DNA of 55,230 nucleotides from a virus: IMG/VR virus record IMGVR_UViG_3300031555_001876; one strand, 5' to 3'. Shown piece by piece: positions 20,076 to 29,006 of this stretch (position 1 is its first letter; each line of letters starts with the position of its first letter). The notes under the pieces were generated by a model. It saw only the letters and a program-made list of their open reading frames with translations, ran no database searches and was not told where the DNA came from. The position numbers and the translations under genes were made by a program.

Positions 20076-20270
20076 TTGACTTTTTTTAAAAAATATGATA
20101 TAATATTAAAAAAAACCTAAATTTTTGCCGCTTTTCCGCCCTTTTTGCCTAATCCAGAAGCAGAAAACTTGACTTTTCTTAAAAAATATGATATAATTAT
20201 AAAAAAAACCTAAAAATTTCGCGCAAAAACGCACTTTTCTTGACAAAATTAAAAAAAAATGGTATAATAT
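20076..20270 (+). promoter_or_regulatory. Three tandem near-identical promoters (CTTGAC-N17-TATAAT) upstream of the gene at 20306.
   Basis: The unit cttgac(t/a)tttttttaaaaaatatgatataat repeats at about 20076, 20171 and 20241. Confidence 0.6.
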
Positions 20271-20305
20271 TTATAGAAAATAAGAAAAAAATGGAGGATT
20301 TATTA

Positions 20306-20686
20306 ATGTTTAACTATGAAGATATCCTGGCTATGATGCAGAATGGTGCTAGTGCAGAAGATGTAGCAAAGGAATTCACCGATTCTCTGAATCAGGCTAT
20401 TAAGGTCCAGGAGGCAGAGAAGGAAAAGATTGCGGCCAAGGCTGCGGTGACCGCTGACGCGCAGAAGGTGGCTGACGCATTCAACGAGTTTACTGCCAAG
20501 CACTATGCCGACGTTGCGTCCGGTGCGAAGATTACTGCTGAAGATGTTCTTACTATTTATGATTTGGTATCTAGTCTTAATATTAATTTTAATAAGTTAA
20601 AGAACGGCGTTGCTGTTACTTATCATAAAATGGACGATGCAGTAGATGAAATTATCGAAAAATTCTTCGATAAGTATGGTCTGTGA
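20306..20686 (+). CDS. Hypothetical Ala/Lys-rich protein of 126 aa.
   Basis: Ribosome binding site ATGGAGGA and ATG at 20306. Confidence 0.5.
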   Translation: MFNYEDILAMMQNGASAEDVAKEFTDSLNQAIKVQEAEKEKIAAKAAVTADAQKVADAFNEFTAKHYADVASGAKITAEDVLTIYDLVSSLNINFNKLKNGVAVTYHKMDDAVDEIIEKFFDKYGL

Positions 20687-20809
20687 TATTATACTCATCT
20701 CTTATATAGAAGTATTAAAATAACCTACCTCCTAGTTAGCCCAGTTATGAGGACAGGAGGTAGGACGGAGACGGAAAATTTTATAGTGGGTAGGTGTCCC
20801 GATCGGGGC

Positions 20810-20900
20810 CACACCTACCCACTCATTTTTTTTATTTATTCACTCATTTTTTTTATTTATTCACTCATTTTTTTTATTTATCTACTTATTTCTTTTTATT
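20810..20900. repeat. Three tandem copies of CACTCATTTTTTTTATTTATT.
   Basis: Direct repeats at 20816-20880. Confidence 0.6.
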
Positions 20901-20946
20901 TATTTTATATCCAATAGCAAAGTAATTATAATCTTTTTTAATCTTA

Positions 20947-21402
20947 CTACCCGTTGTGCGGAGCACAACACAATACCTGCGCTCTCTCTTGCTCTTCCTT
21001 TAACAACTTATTTCCAATAGCAAGTCCATTCTTTATAAGTTCACTTGCCTTCTGCGCTAATACCTCAATATTCAAAAATTCTTCCTTACTTAATTGTGGC
21101 GCGTCCTTCATAGTATATGTATATTCTTTTTCATCTGCATTTGCGCTCGTGTTCCTGTATGTATTTAAACGCACATAAGGAATCTGCATATTATAAATCT
21201 TAATTCCACCATCATTCCTACAATGACCTGTTATATTATTATTTCGCACTAACGTAGGATATCCTTCTACTGTAGGAAAGTCTTTTATTACATAATATGA
21301 ATTGCTATCGCAAGTCATTCTTTCGAACTGTTCTCTTGTTACTACATACACATCTTTATTACTATACTTACCAATTAATCCACTACTATTTGCAATATCC
21401 AT
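20947..21402 (-). CDS. Hypothetical protein of 151 aa.
   Basis: ATG ORF ending in TAG followed directly by TAA. Confidence 0.4.
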   Translation of the reverse strand: MDIANSSGLIGKYSNKDVYVVTREQFERMTCDSNSYYVIKDFPTVEGYPTLVRNNNITGHCRNDGGIKIYNMQIPYVRLNTYRNTSANADEKEYTYTMKDAPQLSKEEFLNIEVLAQKASELIKNGLAIGNKLLKEEQERAQVLCCAPHNG

Positions 21403-21508
21403 TTTTCAATTCAACTTTCTATTTCAATTTTTGGATTGAAAATCCATTTTGGATTTTCAATCCAATTTTCTATTTTAATTATACCATAATTTTTTAAATA
21501 AATCAACT

Positions 21509-21742
21509 TTATAATGTAAACATATTATTTTCTAATAAACTATCCAATTTTTTCATTTCATTTTCTACAATATAATCATATCTAGTAACCGTATCATTAG
21601 GATCATAAACTAATACCGTCTCAAATGTATCCATATTAATATATACATCTTTAGCCCTATAATATCCATTTTTTGATAAAAGTTTATCTCTAAATTCTTC
21701 TTCTGTTACTCTCTTTAAACAAATTCTTGTTTCAATGCTCAC
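21509..21742 (-). CDS. Hypothetical protein of 77 aa.
   Basis: ORF whose upstream partner is a small ORF at 21742..21870 (MEIPKHIVKMIGKDYGVEWNKGD...). Confidence 0.35.
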   Translation of the reverse strand: MSIETRICLKRVTEEEFRDKLLSKNGYYRAKDVYINMDTFETVLVYDPNDTVTRYDYIVENEMKKLDSLLENNMFTL

Positions 21743-22352
21743 TATAATATCTCCAATTCAACTCTATTAATATCTTCTTTAGATATTCCTCTTCAGTATC
21801 TCCTTTATTCCATTCTACTCCATAATCTTTTCCTATCATTTTAACTATATGCTTTGGTATTTCCATTATTTATATCTCCCCGTATAGAAAAAATAAATGA
21901 TATTGAGACGAGCGAAGCGAAGTCGATTATATCATTTATTTTTTCCAATAATTATTTAGTCGTTTCTTTATTTAGTATTATTTAGATAATCTATGATTTT
22001 TTACCTAAAAGTATATGGAAGCATCTATGAAATTTTACCTAAAAGCGTGTAGATAAAATTACCTACCTCACTTTTTTATATAATCGAAACTAAATTTTGT
22101 AAGTTTCTTTTTCTATTGCTACCCATTAAAATATTCACAATAATCTATTAAACCTGAATTACATAATAAATCTAACGCATTATTAACAATAGAATATCCG
22201 CGTGTATTATTCTTTACTCTAATACCTATATGATTACCTAATTCTTCTAAATTAAATTCATACTAACGACCCTAACTTAACGCATACTTATATCTCTATC
22301 CTAAATAAATATAAATCTTAAATATATGTTCTCGGCAATTATCTTTTAAATA

Positions 22353-22703
22353 CTATATAGTATCCAAAGGAATATAAAAGAACATACTTTCCATCTCTGG
22401 TAAAATATAATCTCCTTCTTCGGTTAATATTACATATCCTTTTTCAATTAAATAATTCAAATGTGCTCTTAATGTTTTAGGACTTTTAATTCCTAATTTT
22501 TCACACACAATAGATTGTTTTGGAAATTTATCTTTATATACAATAGTATAATGATTACCTTCATCATCTTTTAAACCCATTGATATCTACTGCAAATAAG
22601 CATAAAGTTCTCCATCTATGTTTTTATCATTTAAAAAAGTTAAATAATCTAAACCAGTATCAGCAGGAAATCTTTTTGATATAGTTTTATCATCCAAAAT
22701 CAT
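22353..22703 (-). CDS. RepA_N-like / replisome-organiser-like winged-helix protein.
   Basis: ATG 22701-22703 follows a perfect GGAGG. An in-frame TAG at 22587-22589 joins ORFs 22587..22769 and 22353..22580. The motif SIVCEKLGIKSPKTLRAHLNYLIEKGYV resembles the Firmicute RepA N-terminal and DnaD-like wing. Confidence 0.45.
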
Positions 22704-22789
22704 ACACCTCCTACTATACTTAAAACTTAAATAGGTAAAATTTTTCCATTTTACCCAAAATATAACCAACTATTAAATTTTACCTTTTT

Positions 22790-22945
22790 GTATTACAAAA
22801 TTCTTATCGGCAACTATTAAAAATTACCTACAAATTTCAAATAAAAATAGGGAACTATTAAAAATTACCTCGTTTTTTTACCTATTTTGTTTCCCACTTA
22901 ACATTTAGAGCCAACTATTAAATTTTACCTTTTTTAATTAGATGT
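22790..22945. repeat. Iterons: four copies of AACTATTAAA(W)TTACCT upstream of the RepA_N-like gene.
   Basis: caactattaaattttacct, caactattaaaaattacct, gaactattaaaaattacct and ccaactattaaattttacct. Two further copies of agatgta(t/c)aaaattttaac lie in the same region. Confidence 0.6.
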
Positions 22946-23084
22946 ATAAAATTTTAACACAATTTTTAACATTTATCCAGATGTACAAAATTTTAACTTC
23001 TGGACTAACAATTACTAAATTGATTTTTAATAAAAAATATGATAAAATATATTTGTAAATAAAAAGAAATAAGGATGATATAGA

Positions 23085-23549
23085 ATGATTCATCTAAAAC
23101 AATGTAAGACTTGCGGTTTTCGCATTAGCGAATCGGGTAAGTGTAGACTAACCGGGCAGGTTAAACGGGAAACCGCATTTTGCGCCGACCACAATTATAA
23201 CCCATCTATTTGTTCCAGATGTGGAGCATATACTTTAAAACCAATTATTGAAGATAACAAAATCTACTGCCAGAAGTGCGCAGAAGAAATCGAATCTTGT
23301 ATGGGCTGCGCCCATACAAACTGCGAATTTGAACAAAATCCGTCACCAATTCCCAAATATATTCAAAAACAAATCCGTCAGGGGCCAATGATTAGTCAAA
23401 TGACCGTAAAAAGTCAGAAAAGAATCGACGAATTCTGCACAAAATGCATTTGCTGGAACGCTGAAATAAATGATTGCGGCAGGCAATTTAATTGGTGCGC
23501 TAATCACACTGACTATAGAAAGGAGATTATAATCGAAGATGCTAACTAA
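23085..23549 (+). CDS. Cys-rich protein of 154 aa with multiple CxxC pairs.
   Basis: Promoter ttgatttttaataaaaaatatgataaaat precedes the ATG ORF. Confidence 0.5.
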   Translation: MIHLKQCKTCGFRISESGKCRLTGQVKRETAFCADHNYNPSICSRCGAYTLKPIIEDNKIYCQKCAEEIESCMGCAHTNCEFEQNPSPIPKYIQKQIRQGPMISQMTVKSQKRIDEFCTKCICWNAEINDCGRQFNWCANHTDYRKEIIIEDAN

Positions 23550-23919
23550 ATGCCCTTTACCTTATTGCCAATATCCTGATTGTCCGTCAGGAAAAATTAG
23601 AAATTGCGGCCACCTACACGAAGACCTACTCGCAGAAGTAGTGGCCGAGCGCAATGAACTTCTAAATATTACACGACATACAGAACGCATTCTTAAAGAT
23701 ACTTTAAATCTTTATAAAGGAATTGCATTGAGCGAACCTGACTTCGATGCTTGTCCCTTCGGGCGCACTGATTGTATTAACAATCCTCAATATCGAAAAG
23801 AAACTGATTATAATGAATGGGCGGAGAATGATTATCCTATGACCTGTTGGTATGTAGAAAATAATTATGTCTCCGTTGAAAAAGGTTATTGCGGTCACTA
23901 TGACGATGAAGATAAGTGA
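23539..23919 (+). CDS. Cys-rich protein of 126 aa.
   Basis: The ORF overlaps the previous stop. Confidence 0.45.
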   Translation: MLTKCPLPYCQYPDCPSGKIRNCGHLHEDLLAEVVAERNELLNITRHTERILKDTLNLYKGIALSEPDFDACPFGRTDCINNPQYRKETDYNEWAENDYPMTCWYVENNYVSVEKGYCGHYDDEDK

Positions 23920-23928
23920 GGAAAATAA

Positions 23929-24141
23929 ATGGTTATGTTTAAAATTCATAATAATGCTTATATTAAATGGGATATAATTCGTGAAATTGAGATTAAACCT
24001 AACATTAATTTAGGAGAAGAATATCCTCACGATATAGAAATAGATTTCATAGGCGGAGGGCACGACGTTTGGATGGTTGACGATGAATCCTTGGCTGAAA
24101 TTTATAAACAATTAAATTCATCTACTATTCTTGGAGGATAA
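23929..24141 (+). CDS. Hypothetical protein of 70 aa.
   Basis: Ribosome binding site GAGGAAAATAAATG. Confidence 0.4.
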   Translation: MVMFKIHNNAYIKWDIIREIEIKPNINLGEEYPHDIEIDFIGGGHDVWMVDDESLAEIYKQLNSSTILGG

Positions 24142-24143
24142 TT

Positions 24144-24329
24144 ATGCCTAAATATGAAATTTTTGCCGGCATTTGGAACTTACACTCGCACGGCATTTAT
24201 GAATATGACAATATTCACGAAGCGGAAAAAGATGCCTATGAAAAAGCAATAGAAGAATATCATTCTTATGAGGGTTCTCACGGCATTCTTGACTATGATG
24301 AATGTTGCGAAGATGCTCGTGAATCTTGA
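24144..24329 (+). CDS. Hypothetical acidic protein of 61 aa.
   Basis: Ribosome binding site GGAGGATAATTATG. Confidence 0.4.
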   Translation: MPKYEIFAGIWNLHSHGIYEYDNIHEAEKDAYEKAIEEYHSYEGSHGILDYDECCEDARES

Positions 24330-24473
24330 GGTTGTGAGGATTGGACCGAAGAAGACTTTGAAAACTTTTATAATGAAACAATTCAATTAACTATCCAATA
24401 TGCGGTAGAAGAGGTATCTGAATAATTTCTTACTAAATATATTATATCATAAAAAGAAAGGAAAATCAACTAA

Positions 24474-25007
24474 ATGCGCACAGAGTATAAAGAAGTGTCT
24501 TGGCGGAATATGCGCCCGGGTGATATTATACACCAATTCAAGTGCGGCAATAAAACCGCAATGGGAAGTTATAAAGTGTTAAGCGCAAACGTAGGAAATA
24601 TTGTACTTCAATCTACATATCACGAAAACGCGATTCCAGAAACTTATAATCCAGAAGAGTTCAAGTTGGTTATAGAATGTACTGAAGAGGAATTGCGCGA
24701 ACGCTATCATAAGGCGGCGAGTGAGGCCGTTGAAGCGCTCAAAAACACAATCTCCCACGATGCTATTGGAGAACACGAAATGTGGAATGGTTGGCTTGGT
24801 GTAGACGCTTACGAATTCGCGCAAATTATTTCTAAAGAAGATTTTAAAATTATTGGTGTTTGTTATGATATTCCTATCAAACACGGTCTCTTTGATGATT
24901 TTGATATCGCTGTTGTAATTGAATACTCTGATGGAGAAAGATTTTGGTGTCATTATAAATCTCAATGGTTATCTGATATCTTTAAAGATTGGGGTGCTAG
25001 TAAATGA
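24474..25007 (+). CDS. Hypothetical protein of 177 aa.
   Basis: Ribosome binding site AAAGGAAAATCAACTAAATG. Confidence 0.5.
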   Translation: MRTEYKEVSWRNMRPGDIIHQFKCGNKTAMGSYKVLSANVGNIVLQSTYHENAIPETYNPEEFKLVIECTEEELRERYHKAASEAVEALKNTISHDAIGEHEMWNGWLGVDAYEFAQIISKEDFKIIGVCYDIPIKHGLFDDFDIAVVIEYSDGERFWCHYKSQWLSDIFKDWGASK

Positions 25008-25477
25008 TGTTCTGGTTTGTTACTATTATACTTCTTGCTATCTTTTTTACCTGGGGTATTGTTCACAAAGAAAAAGATATTGAAGCGTATCTTTGTTTTA
25101 TTCTTATTGCGCCATTTATTGGATTTATAGTCACAAGTATTGGTTCACTAATTCTAATGCATAGTGCGCCGACCGCAATCATAACCGAAATTAATGAACC
25201 TATTGTTGAACTTGAAGATGGTATTTATGCCTATTCTCAAAAAAATAGTGATTATTATTATGATGTTTTTACCGAAGATGAAAATGGTCTCCCACAAAAA
25301 CGTACTTTTCATATTACACGGAATGATGTAATTTATAGCAATAAGTATGAACCTACATATTATTATTGTGATAGAGATTATGAAGATGAAATTCTGCGCA
25401 AACTATTTTGGAAATGTAGTTGCGATGATGAATTAAGAGTAATTCTTCCGCCCAATTCTTTAAAGGAGATTGATTAA
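25004..25477 (+). CDS. Membrane protein of 157 aa with two transmembrane helices.
   Basis: Hydrophobic N-terminal half. A terminator aaacctctttgataaaatcaaagaggtttt follows. Confidence 0.5.
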   Translation: MMFWFVTIILLAIFFTWGIVHKEKDIEAYLCFILIAPFIGFIVTSIGSLILMHSAPTAIITEINEPIVELEDGIYAYSQKNSDYYYDVFTEDENGLPQKRTFHITRNDVIYSNKYEPTYYYCDRDYEDEILRKLFWKCSCDDELRVILPPNSLKEID

Positions 25478-25582
25478 ATATATAAAACCTCTTTGATAAA
25501 ATCAAAGAGGTTTTATTGATTTTTATAAAAAAATATATTATAATATATATACAAAGTAAAGATAAAGAAAGGAATTGAAACT

Positions 25583-25762
25583 ATGAATTGGAAAGATGCT
25601 GCTCTGTATTGTCGAAAGACCTTTGGTTCTCACATTGACTGGGAAGAAGAATTCTTCGAGTGCCCTGAATGCGGCGAGCCCGTTTATAAGATCGATTGGG
25701 AAGACCACGACGATTGGAATATCTGCCCTATCTGCGAAATTGAGTGGGAGTGTGTTGAATGA
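25583..25762 (+). CDS. Zinc-ribbon protein of 59 aa (CPECG...CPIC).
   Basis: Consensus promoter at 25515-25548, ribosome binding site AAAGGAAT and ATG at 25583. Confidence 0.5.
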   Translation: MNWKDAALYCRKTFGSHIDWEEEFFECPECGEPVYKIDWEDHDDWNICPICEIEWECVE

Positions 25763-26082
25763 AACCTTATAATGAATTAGTTAAATCCTATAAATTTATT
25801 GAGTTCGATGATTTATGTGAACTGATTGGTGTAAAAAATGGTTTACGCTCATTTTGTTTTCCAGTAGAGCAAGGTAATGATACATTTGTTCCTATTCATT
25901 GTGATGATTATAGTCTAGAAGAATTGTATAATGAATTGAATATTAATGATAATGACATTCTTTATACAAAATACTATGAAAAAAATTGGCGCGAACGATA
26001 CAAAAATGAAATCAAACTCATTGAAACTCTGCGCGACACCTACGGCATTCGTGATACTGTATTGACTTATATTTCTTGGTAA
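25759..26082 (+). CDS. Hypothetical protein of 107 aa.
   Basis: ORF that overlaps the previous gene in an ATGA arrangement. Confidence 0.45.
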   Translation: MKPYNELVKSYKFIEFDDLCELIGVKNGLRSFCFPVEQGNDTFVPIHCDDYSLEELYNELNINDNDILYTKYYEKNWRERYKNEIKLIETLRDTYGIRDTVLTYISW

Positions 26083-26095
26083 GGAGTGGTAAATA

Positions 26096-26340
26096 TGATT
26101 AAGATGACTACTGCTAGTAAGGCTCGCGCTAAAACCGAGTTTGCACGAAGCATTGGAGAATATATTGAATCCTTTAACGAAGCAATTGAATACCGTACTT
26201 CTCGAGGGGAAGACCATATGAAAGCCCAGAAAGCACCTAAAATGAATATTGGACAGTGGAATATATTCCTTGATATGATTGAGAATGCGGGTTATCGCAT
26301 TGTTAAGGATAATGATACTACAATTGATGTATATTGGTAA
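26096..26340 (+). CDS. Hypothetical protein of about 81 aa.
   Basis: Ribosome binding site GGAGTGG and ATG at 26096. Confidence 0.45.
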
Positions 26341-26507
26341 TTATGTTATTTGCTGAAATTGTCAGTGTAATCAGTTTTCTACTAATCCTTCTATTTGTTA
26401 TTGTTAAATTTGTAAACCGTGGATGATTACATCCACGGATTTTTTATTGATTTTTATAAAAAAATATATTATAATATATATAGAAGATAAGGAAAGGGAA
26501 ATGAATA

Positions 26508-26756
26508 ATGGCTATTAAAATTTACAAGTGGCGATGTAAAGTCGCTGACCCTATGATTAATGAAGAGGGTGTCGCATCCAGTAGAGGATTAGTGGCAGCA
26601 GAAAGTTATACTGACGCCGTTGCTCGTGTATTTGAATATATGTGCTGTGGCAATGATGATGCAGTTTTTGATATTTATCTCGAATCTTGGGATACCGATA
26701 TCCTTGGTATGGAAAAAGAAGTGCTGAAAGCAGTAGAGGAGGATCACATATTTTGA
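26508..26756 (+). CDS. Hypothetical protein of 82 aa.
   Basis: Consensus promoter at 26445-26478 and ribosome binding site AAGGAAAGGGAAATG. Confidence 0.5.
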   Translation: MAIKIYKWRCKVADPMINEEGVASSRGLVAAESYTDAVARVFEYMCCGNDDAVFDIYLESWDTDILGMEKEVLKAVEEDHIF

Positions 26757-27007
26757 CTACTAAATTTGTTCTTGCTGAGGATCCTCGTTATGGTGGAGAA
26801 GATATCCTCGGTATCTATTTTGATAGAGCAGATGCCGAAGAAGCATTTTATGAAACCTGCGCTGACTGGGTTTATGAAACTATGATGACCGCAGACCCTC
26901 TCGATGTATTTGGTCTACCTGAATGGGATTGGAAGATTGACTATAAGTGGTTGATGGAAGATTGCGCTCGCACCTTAATTATCGTAGAGGTTCCTTGCTA
27001 TGATTAA
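26750..27007 (+). CDS. Hypothetical acidic protein.
   Basis: TTG start follows GAGGAGGA. Confidence 0.35.
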   Translation: MLTTKFVLAEDPRYGGEDILGIYFDRADAEEAFYETCADWVYETMMTADPLDVFGLPEWDWKIDYKWLMEDCARTLIIVEVPCYD

Positions 27008-27257
27008 ATACTATTGTATTACTGCATTTACTTCTTTCTGCGGTGAAGAAACAAATCATTATCTAGCAATTGAAAGCGATGATTGTCTTGATAATTATGA
27101 CGCAGAAATTGATGATTGGGTTTGCGATAATGCTGAATCTTATTGGGATTATCACGAAGATGAATATGAATGTTTTGAAGATTATCTCGCTGAATGTTCT
27201 TGGGAAGAGTATGAGATATCTGAAGCAGAATATATTTATTGTACAAAGGGTGAGTAA
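27000..27257 (+). CDS. Hypothetical very acidic protein of 85 aa.
   Basis: ORF. Confidence 0.4.
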   Translation: MIKYYCITAFTSFCGEETNHYLAIESDDCLDNYDAEIDDWVCDNAESYWDYHEDEYECFEDYLAECSWEEYEISEAEYIYCTKGE

Positions 27258-27458
27258 ATGAACATCTTTAAAAATTGGTTTAATTCTTTTCTTTTGATTC
27301 TTTCTAATATGGGTGTCGTTTTTAGTCTATGCGGTGGTTTGGTGTATTCTGTAATTTTCATTTGTAATGCAAATCTGTTAGGTTTCGTTCTTTCCGGTTT
27401 TATCTCTGTTTTCTTGGCTTCTATTTTTAAGGCTATTAACGACAATTTGCCCATTTAA
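27258..27458 (+). CDS. Small membrane protein of 66 aa.
   Basis: Ribosome binding site AAGGGTGAGTAAATG. The protein is hydrophobic. Confidence 0.45.
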   Translation: MNIFKNWFNSFLLILSNMGVVFSLCGGLVYSVIFICNANLLGFVLSGFISVFLASIFKAINDNLPI

Positions 27459-27534
27459 TATATAAAGCCTACCTAGTTTTAGGTAGGCTTTATTGATTTT
27501 TATAAAAAAATATAGTATAATATATATATAAAAG

Positions 27535-27849
27535 TTGGAAGGAGTAAATAAATTGGATAGAGATACCCTTGAAAATATGCCTATGGAACGGCTTGCCGAA
27601 GTCCATATGCTCATAAATACTATTTATAATGAAAGACAGGCTTCTCGTAAACAGAAACTTATTGAAAATCTATGTAAGGCTTATAATGACCTGCGTTGCG
27701 CTTATCCTGACCTGGGTTATTTCCCCATTAATCCTAATTTCAGTATGAACTGCGCTATCTCTGCCCCGCAGAATGCTTTTGAAAAAATTGGTTATACAAT
27801 GAATCCTAAATTATTTGATACCGTTGCTAAAATGGAGGTTATGGGATGA
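27535..27849 (+). CDS. Hypothetical protein. The start is uncertain, with candidates TTG 27551 and ATG 27580.
   Basis: Consensus promoter at 27493-27525 and ribosome binding site GGAAGGAG. Confidence 0.4.
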   Translation: MEGVNKLDRDTLENMPMERLAEVHMLINTIYNERQASRKQKLIENLCKAYNDLRCAYPDLGYFPINPNFSMNCAISAPQNAFEKIGYTMNPKLFDTVAKMEVMG

Positions 27850-28322
27850 TTTTCGTGGCTAAGTCTTATGAGGGACTGGAAAAAATTGGAAACCCTTATC
27901 TTAAATCTGGTCGTTCTTATATCAAAGTCCTGACTAAGACTGGCCAGGAGAAAGAAGTCCGCGTATATACCGAAGCAGAATATAAAAGAATGTATCCAGA
28001 AATCAAGGCTAATGGTAAGGGATACGGCCCGCAAATGAATTGCCTCGGCTTCAAAGATACTGATGATTATATTATTATTTTTGTTGGTAATATTATAAAA
28101 AATGAACCTTGGTTTAACGCACGCACTTGTATGCGCTATCACCGCATTTGGGGTTGGTATGTAGTCGATAAGATGTATCCTACTGAACTCCCCGAAAATG
28201 TTTATCCTTGTAAACTCTTTTGGTCAGAAATTGGTCAAGATGATGGCTATCTAAAGGATGAAGCAGAAGTTATTAAAGTTGTGAAAAAGAAAATCAAAGT
28301 TGATTTTTTAAAAAAAATATGA
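27846..28322 (+). CDS. Hypothetical protein of 158 aa.
   Basis: ORF. A promoter for the next gene is embedded in its 3' end. Confidence 0.5.
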   Translation: MIFVAKSYEGLEKIGNPYLKSGRSYIKVLTKTGQEKEVRVYTEAEYKRMYPEIKANGKGYGPQMNCLGFKDTDDYIIIFVGNIIKNEPWFNARTCMRYHRIWGWYVVDKMYPTELPENVYPCKLFWSEIGQDDGYLKDEAEVIKVVKKKIKVDFLKKI

Positions 28323-28352
28323 TATAATATATATAGAAAGTGAGGAGATAAT

Positions 28353-28511
28353 ATGTATAAAATCGATTATAAGTTCGGTTATGACAATTCTTCCGGTTCT
28401 ATGGTAATCCCCGCAAGGGATGAAGAAGATGCTTGGGCTGAAGCATATTGTATTCTTACTTTTGATAATGGCTATAATAATGTTATTATTAAATCTATTG
28501 TAAAGATTTAA
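28353..28511 (+). CDS. Small protein of 52 aa.
   Basis: Ribosome binding site GTGAGGAG and ATG at 28353. Confidence 0.4.
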   Translation: MYKIDYKFGYDNSSGSMVIPARDEEDAWAEAYCILTFDNGYNNVIIKSIVKI

Positions 28512-28521
28512 GGTGGTAAGT

Positions 28522-28788
28522 ATGTTAAATGTAAATAAAATCCTCAAAGAGCACGAGGCTTTAACGCGTGGCGATAAGGTAATCTTCTATGATAAGGATG
28601 CTTATGGAGCAGTTCAACAATATCTGGCTGATAAGAATTGTAGTGAAGACAAAAAAGACTGGCGCTACATTTATGATTATGGATGTGATTATCGTCCTTG
28701 GAGCGATGGCGTTCACGCTTCTTGTTTCTTCTGTTGGTGTAACTTTGAAGGAGTTCAGTATATGAGAGGATTTGATTGTTATGTATGA
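28522..28788 (+). CDS. Hypothetical Cys-containing protein.
   Basis: Ribosome binding site AAGGTGGTAAGTATG. Confidence 0.45.
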   Translation: MLNVNKILKEHEALTRGDKVIFYDKDAYGAVQQYLADKNCSEDKKDWRYIYDYGCDYRPWSDGVHASCFFCWCNFEGVQYMRGFDCYV

Positions 28789-28996
28789 TTGGGCGCCTGG
28801 CGAAATGCTTTTCGCAATGGAATGTGCGGGAGACCTCCCCACACGCACCGGTAAAATTAATAAGTTTATTTTAGACTATTTACAAGATAAAGATAATGGA
28901 ATTGAATCTTTAATTGCTGAACTTGGCGGTTTGACAATGAAAGAAGTTGATTATATTAATCAAGAAATTCAATCCAGGAGTCCAAGATATGTATAG
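28781..28996 (+). CDS. Hypothetical protein.
   Basis: ATG 28781 overlaps the end of the previous gene. Confidence 0.4.
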   Translation: MYDWAPGEMLFAMECAGDLPTRTGKINKFILDYLQDKDNGIESLIAELGGLTMKEVDYINQEIQSRSPRYV

Positions 28997-29006
28997 GTGA
29001 TAAAAA

